A program made the translations under genes and the position numbers. From Acaryochloris marina MBIC11017 (GTDB lineage: Bacteria > Cyanobacteriota > Cyanobacteriia > Thermosynechococcales > Thermosynechococcaceae), in contig NC_009925.1 in NCBI RefSeq assembly GCF_000018105.1, positions 3,480,001-3,512,000 of the forward strand: 32,000 bases of DNA. The letters are read 5' to 3'. The notes under the pieces were generated by a model. It saw only the letters and a program-made list of their open reading frames with translations. It did no database searches and was not told where the DNA came from. The stretch's first letter is position 1. Each line of letters starts with the position of its first letter. Shown piece by piece: positions 17,299 through 25,164 of this stretch.

Positions 17299-18099
17299 GT
17301 GATGACGACCTTAAACACAACCCAGACACCCGTTAAGCTCTATCGAATGTCAACCCCAGACCATGACTGTCCTTGGGGCCTGAAGGCCATCCATTTGCTC
17401 AAGGAGCAAGGCATTGAGTATGAAGACCACCCATTACGCTCAAAGGAAGAGGTGGAGGCATTTAAAGCAAAACATGACGTGCCCACCACACCACAAATTT
17501 TCATGGGAGAGGAATGCATCGGGGGCTATACCGATCTAGCACAACACTTCGGTGTGGAAGTTGAGGCTGCTGACTACTCCTACACCCCTGTGGTTGCCCT
17601 CTTTTCCACGGCTGGCCTGATTACTCTTGCAACCTCGTTAGGAATGACTGGTTTTATGGGGGTGTCACTTTCAATGCTGGCATCCTTGAAGCTAATGGAC
17701 CTGGATGCCTTTGCTGAAGGATTTCAGAGGTATGACCTGATTACCAAAACATTCAAGCCCTATGCCAAGTCTTACCCCTTTGCTGAATTGCTGATTGGCC
17801 TGGGTTTCTTGTCTGGAGTGGCACCACTGTTAACCGGAATTAGTTCACTGTTGATTGGAACCAGTGGGGCTATCTCTGTGTTCAAGGCAGTCTATATCGA
17901 TAAACTGGCGTTGAACTGTGCCTGCGTAGGCGGGAATACGAAGACGCCATTAGGTATTGTCAGCTTTGCCGAAAACGCGATTATGGCTGGTATGGGGGCT
18001 TTTCTAATATTTACGTCAGTGGGTGACAGAACCCTGGAAGCGGTGCAGACGCCAGATTCGTTATCTTCTGCTGTTGTTCAGCTTAGGGATGATGTGTAG
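17299..18099 (+). CDS. glutaredoxin-like domain fused to a MauE/DoxX-type multi-pass membrane domain
   Basis: N-terminal Grx fold (VKLYRMSTPDHDCPWG ... TTPQIFMGEECIGGYTDL) with a CPWG single-Cys active site. About 5 TM helices follow, with a CAC motif (LNCACVGG) typical of MauE-like proteins. The ATG at 17302 is probably the real start (the track uses GTG at 17299). Confidence 0.8.
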   Translation: MMTTLNTTQTPVKLYRMSTPDHDCPWGLKAIHLLKEQGIEYEDHPLRSKEEVEAFKAKHDVPTTPQIFMGEECIGGYTDLAQHFGVEVEAADYSYTPVVALFSTAGLITLATSLGMTGFMGVSLSMLASLKLMDLDAFAEGFQRYDLITKTFKPYAKSYPFAELLIGLGFLSGVAPLLTGISSLLIGTSGAISVFKAVYIDKLALNCACVGGNTKTPLGIVSFAENAIMAGMGAFLIFTSVGDRTLEAVQTPDSLSSAVVQLRDDV

Positions 18100-18268
18100 A
18101 ACATTGACCTGCACTGCTCAACTCATGCAGATGGAGTAAGAATCTTGTCGAGTTTTTAACCTTCTCCGTTCAAAGTATCTGCGAAAGCAGTTTTCTCTAC
18201 CGCTGGCCCACGCTCATGCGGGTGAGCTGGTCTCTTGTAGAGAACTCGATGCAGATTTCTGGGTAGGT

Positions 18269-19231
18269 ATGTCTTTTAATCGGCGAAAGTTTCTCTCTCT
18301 AGTCAGCCTGTCTGGCTTGGGAGTTGGCGTTCTGCATCATCAGGCTCAATCCCAGGAGCCAATCCAAGAACGGTTGGATAGCAGAACTCAGATACCGGAT
18401 TCAGCTCTATCTCACCTACGATTCGTCGCAGTGGGGGATGTGGGCACAGGAAAACGGCCTCAGTTTAAGGTTGCTCAAGCCATGATGGCGTACTGCAAGC
18501 AATATCCCTTTTCTCTGGTTTGGCTTGTGGGGGATAACATCTACAACTCAGGAGATATTCACCGAGTCAAGAACGTATTTGAAAAGCCCTATAACGATTT
18601 ACTGCAGAATGGTGTGACGTTTCATGCCGTTTTAGGTAATCATGATATTCGGTCTAACGAAGGTAAGGATCAGCTTCGTTATCCGGGGTACAACATGCTG
18701 GGGCGATACTACACCTTTGGGGATGAACTGGCTCAATTTTTTGCGCTAGATACTAATCCCGGCAATCATTGGACTGCCCAACTCGAATGGTTAGAACAAG
18801 CATTATCTCGATCACAAGCGACCTGGAAAATTGTGTTGGGACACCACAATATCTATTCTTCAGGTTGGCATGGTGCATTTCAGCATTTGGTTGAATCATG
18901 GGGACCATTGATGGGCCATGTTCCTAGCCATTCAATGCTTTTAAAGCAGCTTCCTCCGTTGTTTAACAAATATGGTGTACAGCTTTATATCAATGGCCAT
19001 GAACACCATTACGAGCGGACTCAACCGATTCGTGGCACCACCTATCTAACCTGCGGCATTGGTGGGGCAAAGTTACGGCCTTGCCATTCATCTGCTTGGA
19101 CCGCGTTTGCAACCTCACAATTTGGGTTTGCGGCTCTTGAGGTCTTCAAAGACAAGCTGAGTATTCAAGGTATTGGCGTTGATGGTAACTGCTTTGATCA
19201 AGGCATAGTGCGCCAAGCCAGTGAAGTTTAG
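18269..19231 (+). CDS. Tat-exported metallophosphoesterase (purple acid phosphatase-type motifs)
   Basis: Twin-arginine signal NRRKFLSL. Five-block signature GDVGTG / VGDNIY / GNHD / LGHHNIY / NGHEHHYER. Confidence 0.85.
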   Translation: MSFNRRKFLSLVSLSGLGVGVLHHQAQSQEPIQERLDSRTQIPDSALSHLRFVAVGDVGTGKRPQFKVAQAMMAYCKQYPFSLVWLVGDNIYNSGDIHRVKNVFEKPYNDLLQNGVTFHAVLGNHDIRSNEGKDQLRYPGYNMLGRYYTFGDELAQFFALDTNPGNHWTAQLEWLEQALSRSQATWKIVLGHHNIYSSGWHGAFQHLVESWGPLMGHVPSHSMLLKQLPPLFNKYGVQLYINGHEHHYERTQPIRGTTYLTCGIGGAKLRPCHSSAWTAFATSQFGFAALEVFKDKLSIQGIGVDGNCFDQGIVRQASEV

Positions 19232-19255
19232 CGACCCAATGCTGCTTGAAGTGCA

Positions 19256-20491
19256 TCATCGCTCAGGAGAAGAGTCATACAGAGGGAGTTTTATAGAAAA
19301 ACAACTTCCTTGTGTCCATTCACTTTCCACAGCAATGTTCCCTTTATGAAGTTGAACAATACGACGAGCAATGGCTAGCCCTAGACCACATCCTTCTGTC
19401 TGATACGACCGGGACGTGTCCGCTTGCCAAAATCGGTCAAAGATTTTCTCCCGGTGCTCCGCTTTTATTCCCATGCCCGTATCTTGAACTTGAATCAGGA
19501 TGGATGATCCGACTCTGGTACTGCTTACTTGTACTGCTCCTCCAGTTGGGGTATATCGCAAGGCATTCTCCAGCAGGTTGACCAACACTTGTCGAAGCTG
19601 ATCTTCATGGCCTAAGACCCAAGTGGGTTCTGCCAATTGAGTGGTCAGGGTAATGCCTTTAGATTGAGCTTGGCGTTGGTAATGCTGACTCAGTTCCTCT
19701 AAGGTGTGCAAAAGATTAATGGGATCTTGATGCTGTTCTGAAGACTGGTCAAGTCGGGCCAATTGCAGTAAGGATTCTGTGAGTGCAGTCATCTGATTTA
19801 CTGCACTGAGGATGGCTTGAAATTTCTCAGCATCGGTCTGTCGCATCCCTTCGGGATATTTTTGGGCCACGGTTGCATTGGTTTTAATCGCCGTGAGAGG
19901 ACTGCGCAGTTCATGGGAGGCATCGGCTGTAAATTGCTGGAGTTGGCGCATGCTCTGCTCAATGGGATGCATGGCTCGGGCGGTTAACCAGGTTCCTCCT
20001 ATTCCACTGAGAACAATCGCTAGAATAGCGCCACCGCCTAAGCCCCAATCGAGCTGTTGAAGGGTTTGGTTGACGGCCTCTAACGATTCATTGGCGCGGA
20101 CAAAGCCAATCAACTGCCCAGTATTGAGGTCTTGAACTGGCACCGTCATGGATTTGAGGTTGGCGTGAGTCTGAAGTCGAACAAGTTGTTGGGGGTCTAA
20201 AGGCAGATTGGAGGCGGGCTGGCCTTGGGTTCCTACCAACTGACCTGTAGGGTCGTACCATTGCAGAGATTGAAGGTCACGCACTAGATCTTCTTGATCG
20301 AGTTCAAGGCGACCGTCTTCAATTTCGAGTTCAAGACTTCCCGCTTTCACTAAATTTTGCAATCGTTGGCTGACCTGATGGTGCAGGGTATAGGCGAAGG
20401 TGGTACGGATTGCGATCGCAAACACAACCATAATCCCCGCCAAAACCATCAGATAGGATCCTAAGAGCTGCAATCGAACTTTCCGAAACAA
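19256..20491 (-). CDS. sensor histidine kinase (TM, periplasmic domain, TM, HAMP, HisKA, HATPase_c)
   Basis: H-box FTADASHELRSPL, N-box LLENALRYTPTGG, G1 VQDTGMGI, G2 GCGLGLAI, and two hydrophobic segments. Same architecture as the frameshifted kinase. Confidence 0.9.
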   Translation of the reverse strand: MFRKVRLQLLGSYLMVLAGIMVVFAIAIRTTFAYTLHHQVSQRLQNLVKAGSLELEIEDGRLELDQEDLVRDLQSLQWYDPTGQLVGTQGQPASNLPLDPQQLVRLQTHANLKSMTVPVQDLNTGQLIGFVRANESLEAVNQTLQQLDWGLGGGAILAIVLSGIGGTWLTARAMHPIEQSMRQLQQFTADASHELRSPLTAIKTNATVAQKYPEGMRQTDAEKFQAILSAVNQMTALTESLLQLARLDQSSEQHQDPINLLHTLEELSQHYQRQAQSKGITLTTQLAEPTWVLGHEDQLRQVLVNLLENALRYTPTGGAVQVSSTRVGSSILIQVQDTGMGIKAEHREKIFDRFWQADTSRSYQTEGCGLGLAIARRIVQLHKGNIAVESEWTQGSCFSIKLPLYDSSPER

Positions 20492-20501
20492 TGCATAACC
20501 T

Positions 20502-21185
20502 CTAGGAATGAAGAAGCGGATTCAGACGATAGCCCACACCATAAAGCGTTTCAATTAGCTGGTCAGACCCTCCGGCTGCTTTTAATTTACAGCGCAGGTT
20601 ACTAATATGCGTTTTGACCGTGCCCTCACTTGAGGCGCGATCCAGCTCCCATAAACGATCTAGCAACATAGCGCGGGTAAAGACTTGCCCCGGATGTTGA
20701 AGTAAATGTTCTAGCAGAATATATTCTTTGGGCGTTAAATCTAGCAAGGTCTCACCATAGTGAGCATGATGGTGAATCGGATCAAGTTGTAAAGCACCCT
20801 GTTTCAGAATGGAAGGCTGTATCTGAGGGGGACGACGACATAACGCGCGGATGCGAGCAGCCAATTCATCTAACTCAAACGGTTTGACCACATAGTCATC
20901 GGCACCCGCGTCTAAGCCCATCACTTTATCGGTCAAGGTATCCTTGGCGGTGAGCATCAACACAAACCCGCTATATCCTGAGCGACGCAATTGTTGACAG
21001 AGACTAATCCCATCCAAACGCGGCAGCATAAGATCCAATAGAATCAGCTCATAGTCAGCCGTTTGGGTATAGTGCCAGCCGCTTTCACCATCTGCTGCTA
21101 CATCGACGACGTAATGTTGATGACGCAAATCTTCGGCTAGGGGCTTGGCAATCCGATCATCATCCTCAACTAGCAGAATTCTCAT
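20502..21185 (-). CDS. OmpR-family response regulator
   Basis: Receiver domain (ILLVEDDD, LLDLMLPRLDG, LTAKD, DDYVVKPF) plus winged helix (LTPKEYILLEHLLQHP ... LYGVGYRL). Lies 10 nt upstream of its kinase. Confidence 0.9.
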   Translation of the reverse strand: MRILLVEDDDRIAKPLAEDLRHQHYVVDVAADGESGWHYTQTADYELILLDLMLPRLDGISLCQQLRRSGYSGFVLMLTAKDTLTDKVMGLDAGADDYVVKPFELDELAARIRALCRRPPQIQPSILKQGALQLDPIHHHAHYGETLLDLTPKEYILLEHLLQHPGQVFTRAMLLDRLWELDRASSEGTVKTHISNLRCKLKAAGGSDQLIETLYGVGYRLNPLLHS

Positions 21186-21219
21186 GTGGTGGTTCTCTCT
21201 AGATGATGATGCATCGTGT

Positions 21220-22182
21220 TTATTGCCCAGATGGTAGCCATGAATTGTTCCTTTTTGCTCTGGATCCTGTTGGGTGAGTCAGCAGAACAACTTGGCTAGG
21301 TATGGCCTGTGGGATGTGGAGTTTTCCGAGTACTCGTTTCATGACTGCTCTGAGGTGAACCAAGGGGGTTGCTCGTTGTAGATGACTCAATTTGTCCAGG
21401 ACATCATATTGATGAGCAACCTGCCAACCCCAAGTTTGAAAAAATTCCGGTCCTTGCTGGGGTGCAAATTTAAAAGCAGGTTCCCCATTCCCAATGTATT
21501 GATCATAAAGGGTCTGGCTGTATTGCATATGCCAACCCCTTAATACGGTCGGTGCAGCTAATTCTAATATCCACCAGCCGATACGGTCCTGTTGACTTAA
21601 ATGGGCAGCGAGTTTAGAAACCTGATGTTCAGTCCAATACCCTGAGAGACCTTCAGTGATCACAAGAGCGGGTTTTGAGAGTTGATGGATAACAGAGAAA
21701 AGGGAGCGTCTGAAAGTTGAATCTACTAAATTCCCCTTAATTCGCTTGAGGATGCATCGAGGTTTTACCCCCAGGAGTGTTTGGTGCTTATACTCCAATA
21801 TGTCTGGCAGGTCGATGTCTAACCAGATCAAAGATGATGGAAGGTTCAGCCGATAAGGCCGAGTATCCAGACCTGCTCCTAAGTTCATCACAAGACCAAT
21901 GTTGCCATGAGCAATTCGCTCTTGGACCAGCTTGTCAATCAAATGAGTCCGAATCGCGATCACATCTGCATACTGTTGAACATCTCCTAATAGGGCCTGA
22001 CAAAGTTGTCCTTGCCCACCCGCCAACTGTCGTGCCCAAGGATCCTGAAAGAGTGCGTCACTACGCTCTGATTCCAAGGCTCGATACAAGGCTACTAGGT
22101 AGGCAGATTCTGAAAGTTTGCTCATTGCAAACGTGGCATAAAGCCAAAAGAAACAGCCTTTACCGTAGGCAGTGAATGTCAA
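21220..22182 (-). CDS. class I SAM-dependent methyltransferase (LCM / TcmP-like O-methyltransferase family)
   Basis: N-terminal SAYLVALYRALES and the SAM-binding block VMNLGAGLDTRPYRL typical of this family. The internal Met at 22122 (MSKLSES) may be the true start. Confidence 0.75.
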   Translation of the reverse strand: MTFTAYGKGCFFWLYATFAMSKLSESAYLVALYRALESERSDALFQDPWARQLAGGQGQLCQALLGDVQQYADVIAIRTHLIDKLVQERIAHGNIGLVMNLGAGLDTRPYRLNLPSSLIWLDIDLPDILEYKHQTLLGVKPRCILKRIKGNLVDSTFRRSLFSVIHQLSKPALVITEGLSGYWTEHQVSKLAAHLSQQDRIGWWILELAAPTVLRGWHMQYSQTLYDQYIGNGEPAFKFAPQQGPEFFQTWGWQVAHQYDVLDKLSHLQRATPLVHLRAVMKRVLGKLHIPQAIPSQVVLLTHPTGSRAKRNNSWLPSGQ

Positions 22183-22227
22183 GAACTCGACAAGATATAT
22201 TTTTACGGTGTCAGGGGTAGGTAGCTA

Positions 22228-24231
22228 TTATCGAACGCCAATCAGAATCATAAATTGATAAGGATCTAGCATCAGCTTTTGGGTCGCGGTGATCGTGGTT
22301 CCTGACACAATATCTGTAAAAGTTTTGCGCATGCCGAGTAACCGTAACCGTCTCCCCACAATGGCCTGCTCACTTTCCGTAAAGTTGCCGAGCACCAACA
22401 CACTTTGATCATCATGGTGGCGGAAATAGCCAAACACATGATCATTGCCAGGATCCATCACGACTGTTTCTGAACCCGTAAAAGCCCGGTTTTGCTGACG
22501 AATATGAATCAGCCTCAACAGCCCCAAATAGATTTTCCCCCAGACTTCTTCTGAATTTCGGCGCGAGTCAGCCCGTTCCCAATCGAACGTAAGTCGATGC
22601 GTCCATCGACTATCCCCATCCTTCTCGGGAGATTGACCATAGTCATAGTCGTTGAGGATACCTAGCTCATCTCCTAAATAAAGAAGGGGAATGCCTCCAA
22701 TGGTTAATAAAATGCCGTGTAGCAGCAAGATTCGCCGGATGGCCAGCTCCACTTGGGCTGAATCCTGTTCATAGAGCCCTTTCTCAAGACCACATAGAGA
22801 AGCGGTGGTTCCAGAAATACGAGCAAGTTGGGTTTCTAGGTTTTCTTGGAAAGGCAGGCCGCGGGCAAAACTATTTTCAAATCGATTGGTATAAAAGGCT
22901 GTCAAGAACTGCCGATGGTGCAACGGATTGATATTGAGTTCCCAAGCATCATTATCCGAAAAGGTCCAGCCAATATCGTCATGGCATCGAATATAGTTGA
23001 CCCAAGCACAACCTTCTGGCAGGTCAAATCGCTTCTGCATGGCATGGCGCAACACTTGAGTATTCCGGGTTGCTAGCGCTTCCCATAGCAGGGCCATCAA
23101 CTGTGGATTGTAAGACAGCGGACATTCCTCTTCACTGATATAGCGTCTGACTTCATCGGGGTGGACGATCGCTTCTGATTTGAAAACCATTGCTGGAGCC
23201 GCGATTTGCAACACCACATTGAAGGCTTGAATCAGTAAATGGGCTTCTGGAAGATTCTCACACGTACTTCCTAAGCGCTTCCATAAAAATGCCACGGCAT
23301 CTAGCCGTAACACTTCGACCCCCACATTGGCCAGGAATAGCATTTCCTCAGCCATATGGCTAAAAACCGTGGGATTTTCGTAATTGAGATCCCATTGGTA
23401 ATTACAAAACGTCGTCCAAATCCATTTGCGAATCTTGGTGCGGTAGGTAAAACAACCCGGATGCTCATCGGGAAAAACTGAATTAACCGTTTGTTCAAAC
23501 TGATCGGGTAGCTCGCGATCTCGATACATCCGGTAGTACTCTTGATGCTCCCGATCGCCTGCCATAGCTTGCTTGGCCCATTGATGCTCATCGGACGTAT
23601 GGTTAAACACGAAGTCCAGGACCAGACTAATGCCATGTTGCCGTAGTTCAGTGGCGAGATCAGCCAGTTCCTCCATGGTGCCGAGGGAGGGATCGACCTC
23701 GCGATAGCTACTGACGGCATAGCCCCCATCATTGTCGCCTTCTAGGGTTTTGAATAAAGGCATCAGATGGAGGTAGGTGATCCCTAGCTCCGTGAGATAC
23801 GGGATGCGATCGCGAATCCCACTCAAATCACCGGCAAAGAGATCGACGTAACACATGGCCCCCACCATCCGATGGGACTGATACCAGTGGGGATCTGCTT
23901 CTCGCATCACATCCAAGGCCTTCAGTTCATCGGGCCGCTTCATCCACATATGGGTGGTTGAATCTAAAATCTGTTCTAGATGATAGAAAAAGTCATACTG
24001 ATGGCCATACAGCTGGTACAGCAAGCCAAATAAACGGGGGAAGTGGGTTTTAATGCGCTGAACATAGCTTTGCCACGTCCCTTGATCAATTTGGTCCGCA
24101 TAGCGAACTTCTAAACGGGGCATTAACCGGGATAGAGACTTGATACTGTGTCGCTTGAGAGCTACAGCATCCATGGCTTCTTGCATCGGCATGGTAATGG
24201 AGTGATATGGCAATAGTGTATCGGTATCCAC
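22228..24231 (-). CDS. amylosucrase-type GH13 sucrose-utilising transglucosidase
   Basis: Close resemblance to Neisseria amylosucrase blocks: CYVDLFAGDLSGIRDRIPYLTELGITYLHLMPLF, GGYAVSSYREVDPSLG, VLDFVFNHTS, nucleophile block RLDAVAFLWK, acid/base block FKSEAIVHPD, and IRCHDDIGW. The exact start is uncertain (the Met at 24192 is an alternative). Confidence 0.85.
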   Translation of the reverse strand: MDTDTLLPYHSITMPMQEAMDAVALKRHSIKSLSRLMPRLEVRYADQIDQGTWQSYVQRIKTHFPRLFGLLYQLYGHQYDFFYHLEQILDSTTHMWMKRPDELKALDVMREADPHWYQSHRMVGAMCYVDLFAGDLSGIRDRIPYLTELGITYLHLMPLFKTLEGDNDGGYAVSSYREVDPSLGTMEELADLATELRQHGISLVLDFVFNHTSDEHQWAKQAMAGDREHQEYYRMYRDRELPDQFEQTVNSVFPDEHPGCFTYRTKIRKWIWTTFCNYQWDLNYENPTVFSHMAEEMLFLANVGVEVLRLDAVAFLWKRLGSTCENLPEAHLLIQAFNVVLQIAAPAMVFKSEAIVHPDEVRRYISEEECPLSYNPQLMALLWEALATRNTQVLRHAMQKRFDLPEGCAWVNYIRCHDDIGWTFSDNDAWELNINPLHHRQFLTAFYTNRFENSFARGLPFQENLETQLARISGTTASLCGLEKGLYEQDSAQVELAIRRILLLHGILLTIGGIPLLYLGDELGILNDYDYGQSPEKDGDSRWTHRLTFDWERADSRRNSEEVWGKIYLGLLRLIHIRQQNRAFTGSETVVMDPGNDHVFGYFRHHDDQSVLVLGNFTESEQAIVGRRLRLLGMRKTFTDIVSGTTITATQKLMLDPYQFMILIGVR

Positions 24232-24527
24232 GATGTCTGAAAGAGGATGGATCGCCTATGAGTCCAGCTGACCCCTTTCACATAGTGCCCAAAGATGAAC
24301 CATGACAGAGTAATCTCGCGATTTTCTGGGTTATGTTTCTGCATATTTACCCAAACTTCAGCCTGAATGTTCCATAGCAAGGGAAAGGACATCTCTTTCC
24401 CTTCATCCATAGGCTGCTCCCCTCAAAATCCTAAGCAGCTCCAGTCTGCTCAGATTGGCAGAGAAATTTGGGCCTGGAACGCTGTAAAAAATATTTTTTC
24501 GGTGGGAATTAAACGCTTAAGCGGCCA

Positions 24528-24962
24528 TCAGCTAAAGTCACGGAGCATCTTTTTGATTTCCAGATTATGCATTTCTTCCTGGCCAATTTTGGTGCGGGCA
24601 TATTCTTCTAGGTAAATGCTGGCATTTTCTACAACATCTAAGAGCTGTTTGTAGAGATTCAAGGCCAACTGCTCATGGTTCAAGCTTTCTTGTAGCAAGT
24701 TTCTGACTGCGTGCTGATTGGTTTCTTCAATGGGAGCAATCTTTTGGCTTGGATGCCCTTCCAATCCAGTGATGATTTCTCCCGCTTCCTGGGCATGAGT
24801 GAGGGATTCACTCGCTTGGGACTTAAAGAAGTCCACAATGGGTAATCGATTTGGCCCCGTTACCATCAACCCATAGTGGGTATAGCGAACAACCCCTGCC
24901 AATTCAAATTCCATAATGCGATTAAGAAGGGCAATGGTTGCTGCGGTATCGAGGTCTCTCAT
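24528..24962 (-). CDS. bacterioferritin-like (ferritin-like di-iron carboxylate superfamily) protein
   Basis: Aligns by eye to Bfr helices: LLNRIMEFELAGVVRY, ESLTHAQEAGEIITGLEG, NHEQLALNLYKQLL, GQEEMHNLEIKKML. I chose the Met at 24962 (MRDLDTAATIA) because Bfr-family proteins start about there. The track ORF extends to 25037. Confidence 0.7.
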   Translation of the reverse strand: MRDLDTAATIALLNRIMEFELAGVVRYTHYGLMVTGPNRLPIVDFFKSQASESLTHAQEAGEIITGLEGHPSQKIAPIEETNQHAVRNLLQESLNHEQLALNLYKQLLDVVENASIYLEEYARTKIGQEEMHNLEIKKMLRDFS

Positions 24963-25164
24963 AGGTAGAAAAAGTTGAACTGAATAAGGTCTCTGCATCC
25001 CCCTGAATGCCTGTCTGCAGGGACATTGAGGTGACATAGAAGAAATCCAAGTGTAACACTTGTTTTTAGCAGGACTAGGCTTATCAGCGAAAAAGCTTTA
25101 CAGGCAAAATATTGAGATGACCAGCAGGGTGTATTGTCGCCATGTATAGGTGCCCCCCCAAAGG

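Noticed and set aside
18155-18162. TTTAACCT, which matches the cyanobacterial Pho-box octamer consensus, upstream of the Tat-exported phosphoesterase gene.
   Set aside because: Functional Pho boxes are tandem arrays of about three octamers with 3-nt linkers. The neighbouring positions (CCGTTCAA, ATCTGCGA) do not match. The adjacent kinase has a large periplasmic domain, unlike SphS.
20245-20253. A third copy of the MerR half-site CTGTAGGGT, inside the second kinase gene.
   Set aside because: It is a single 9-mer half-site with no partner arm and no promoter context. A 9-mer is expected by chance about once in four windows of this size when both strands are counted.
24380-24402. 8-bp stem hairpin AGGGAAAG-GACATCT-CTTTCCCT between the bfr-like gene and the amylosucrase gene.
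   Set aside because: No U-tract follows on either strand, so I do not call it a terminator. It could be an RNA stability element, but I have no further support.
24162-24410. 82-aa minus-strand ORF overlapping the amylosucrase start, considered as a possible N-terminal extension or small gene.
   Set aside because: It is in a different frame from the amylosucrase gene, is Trp-rich with odd composition, and has no recognisable domain. Amylosucrase already has a full-length N-terminal domain without it. It cannot be excluded as a leader peptide.
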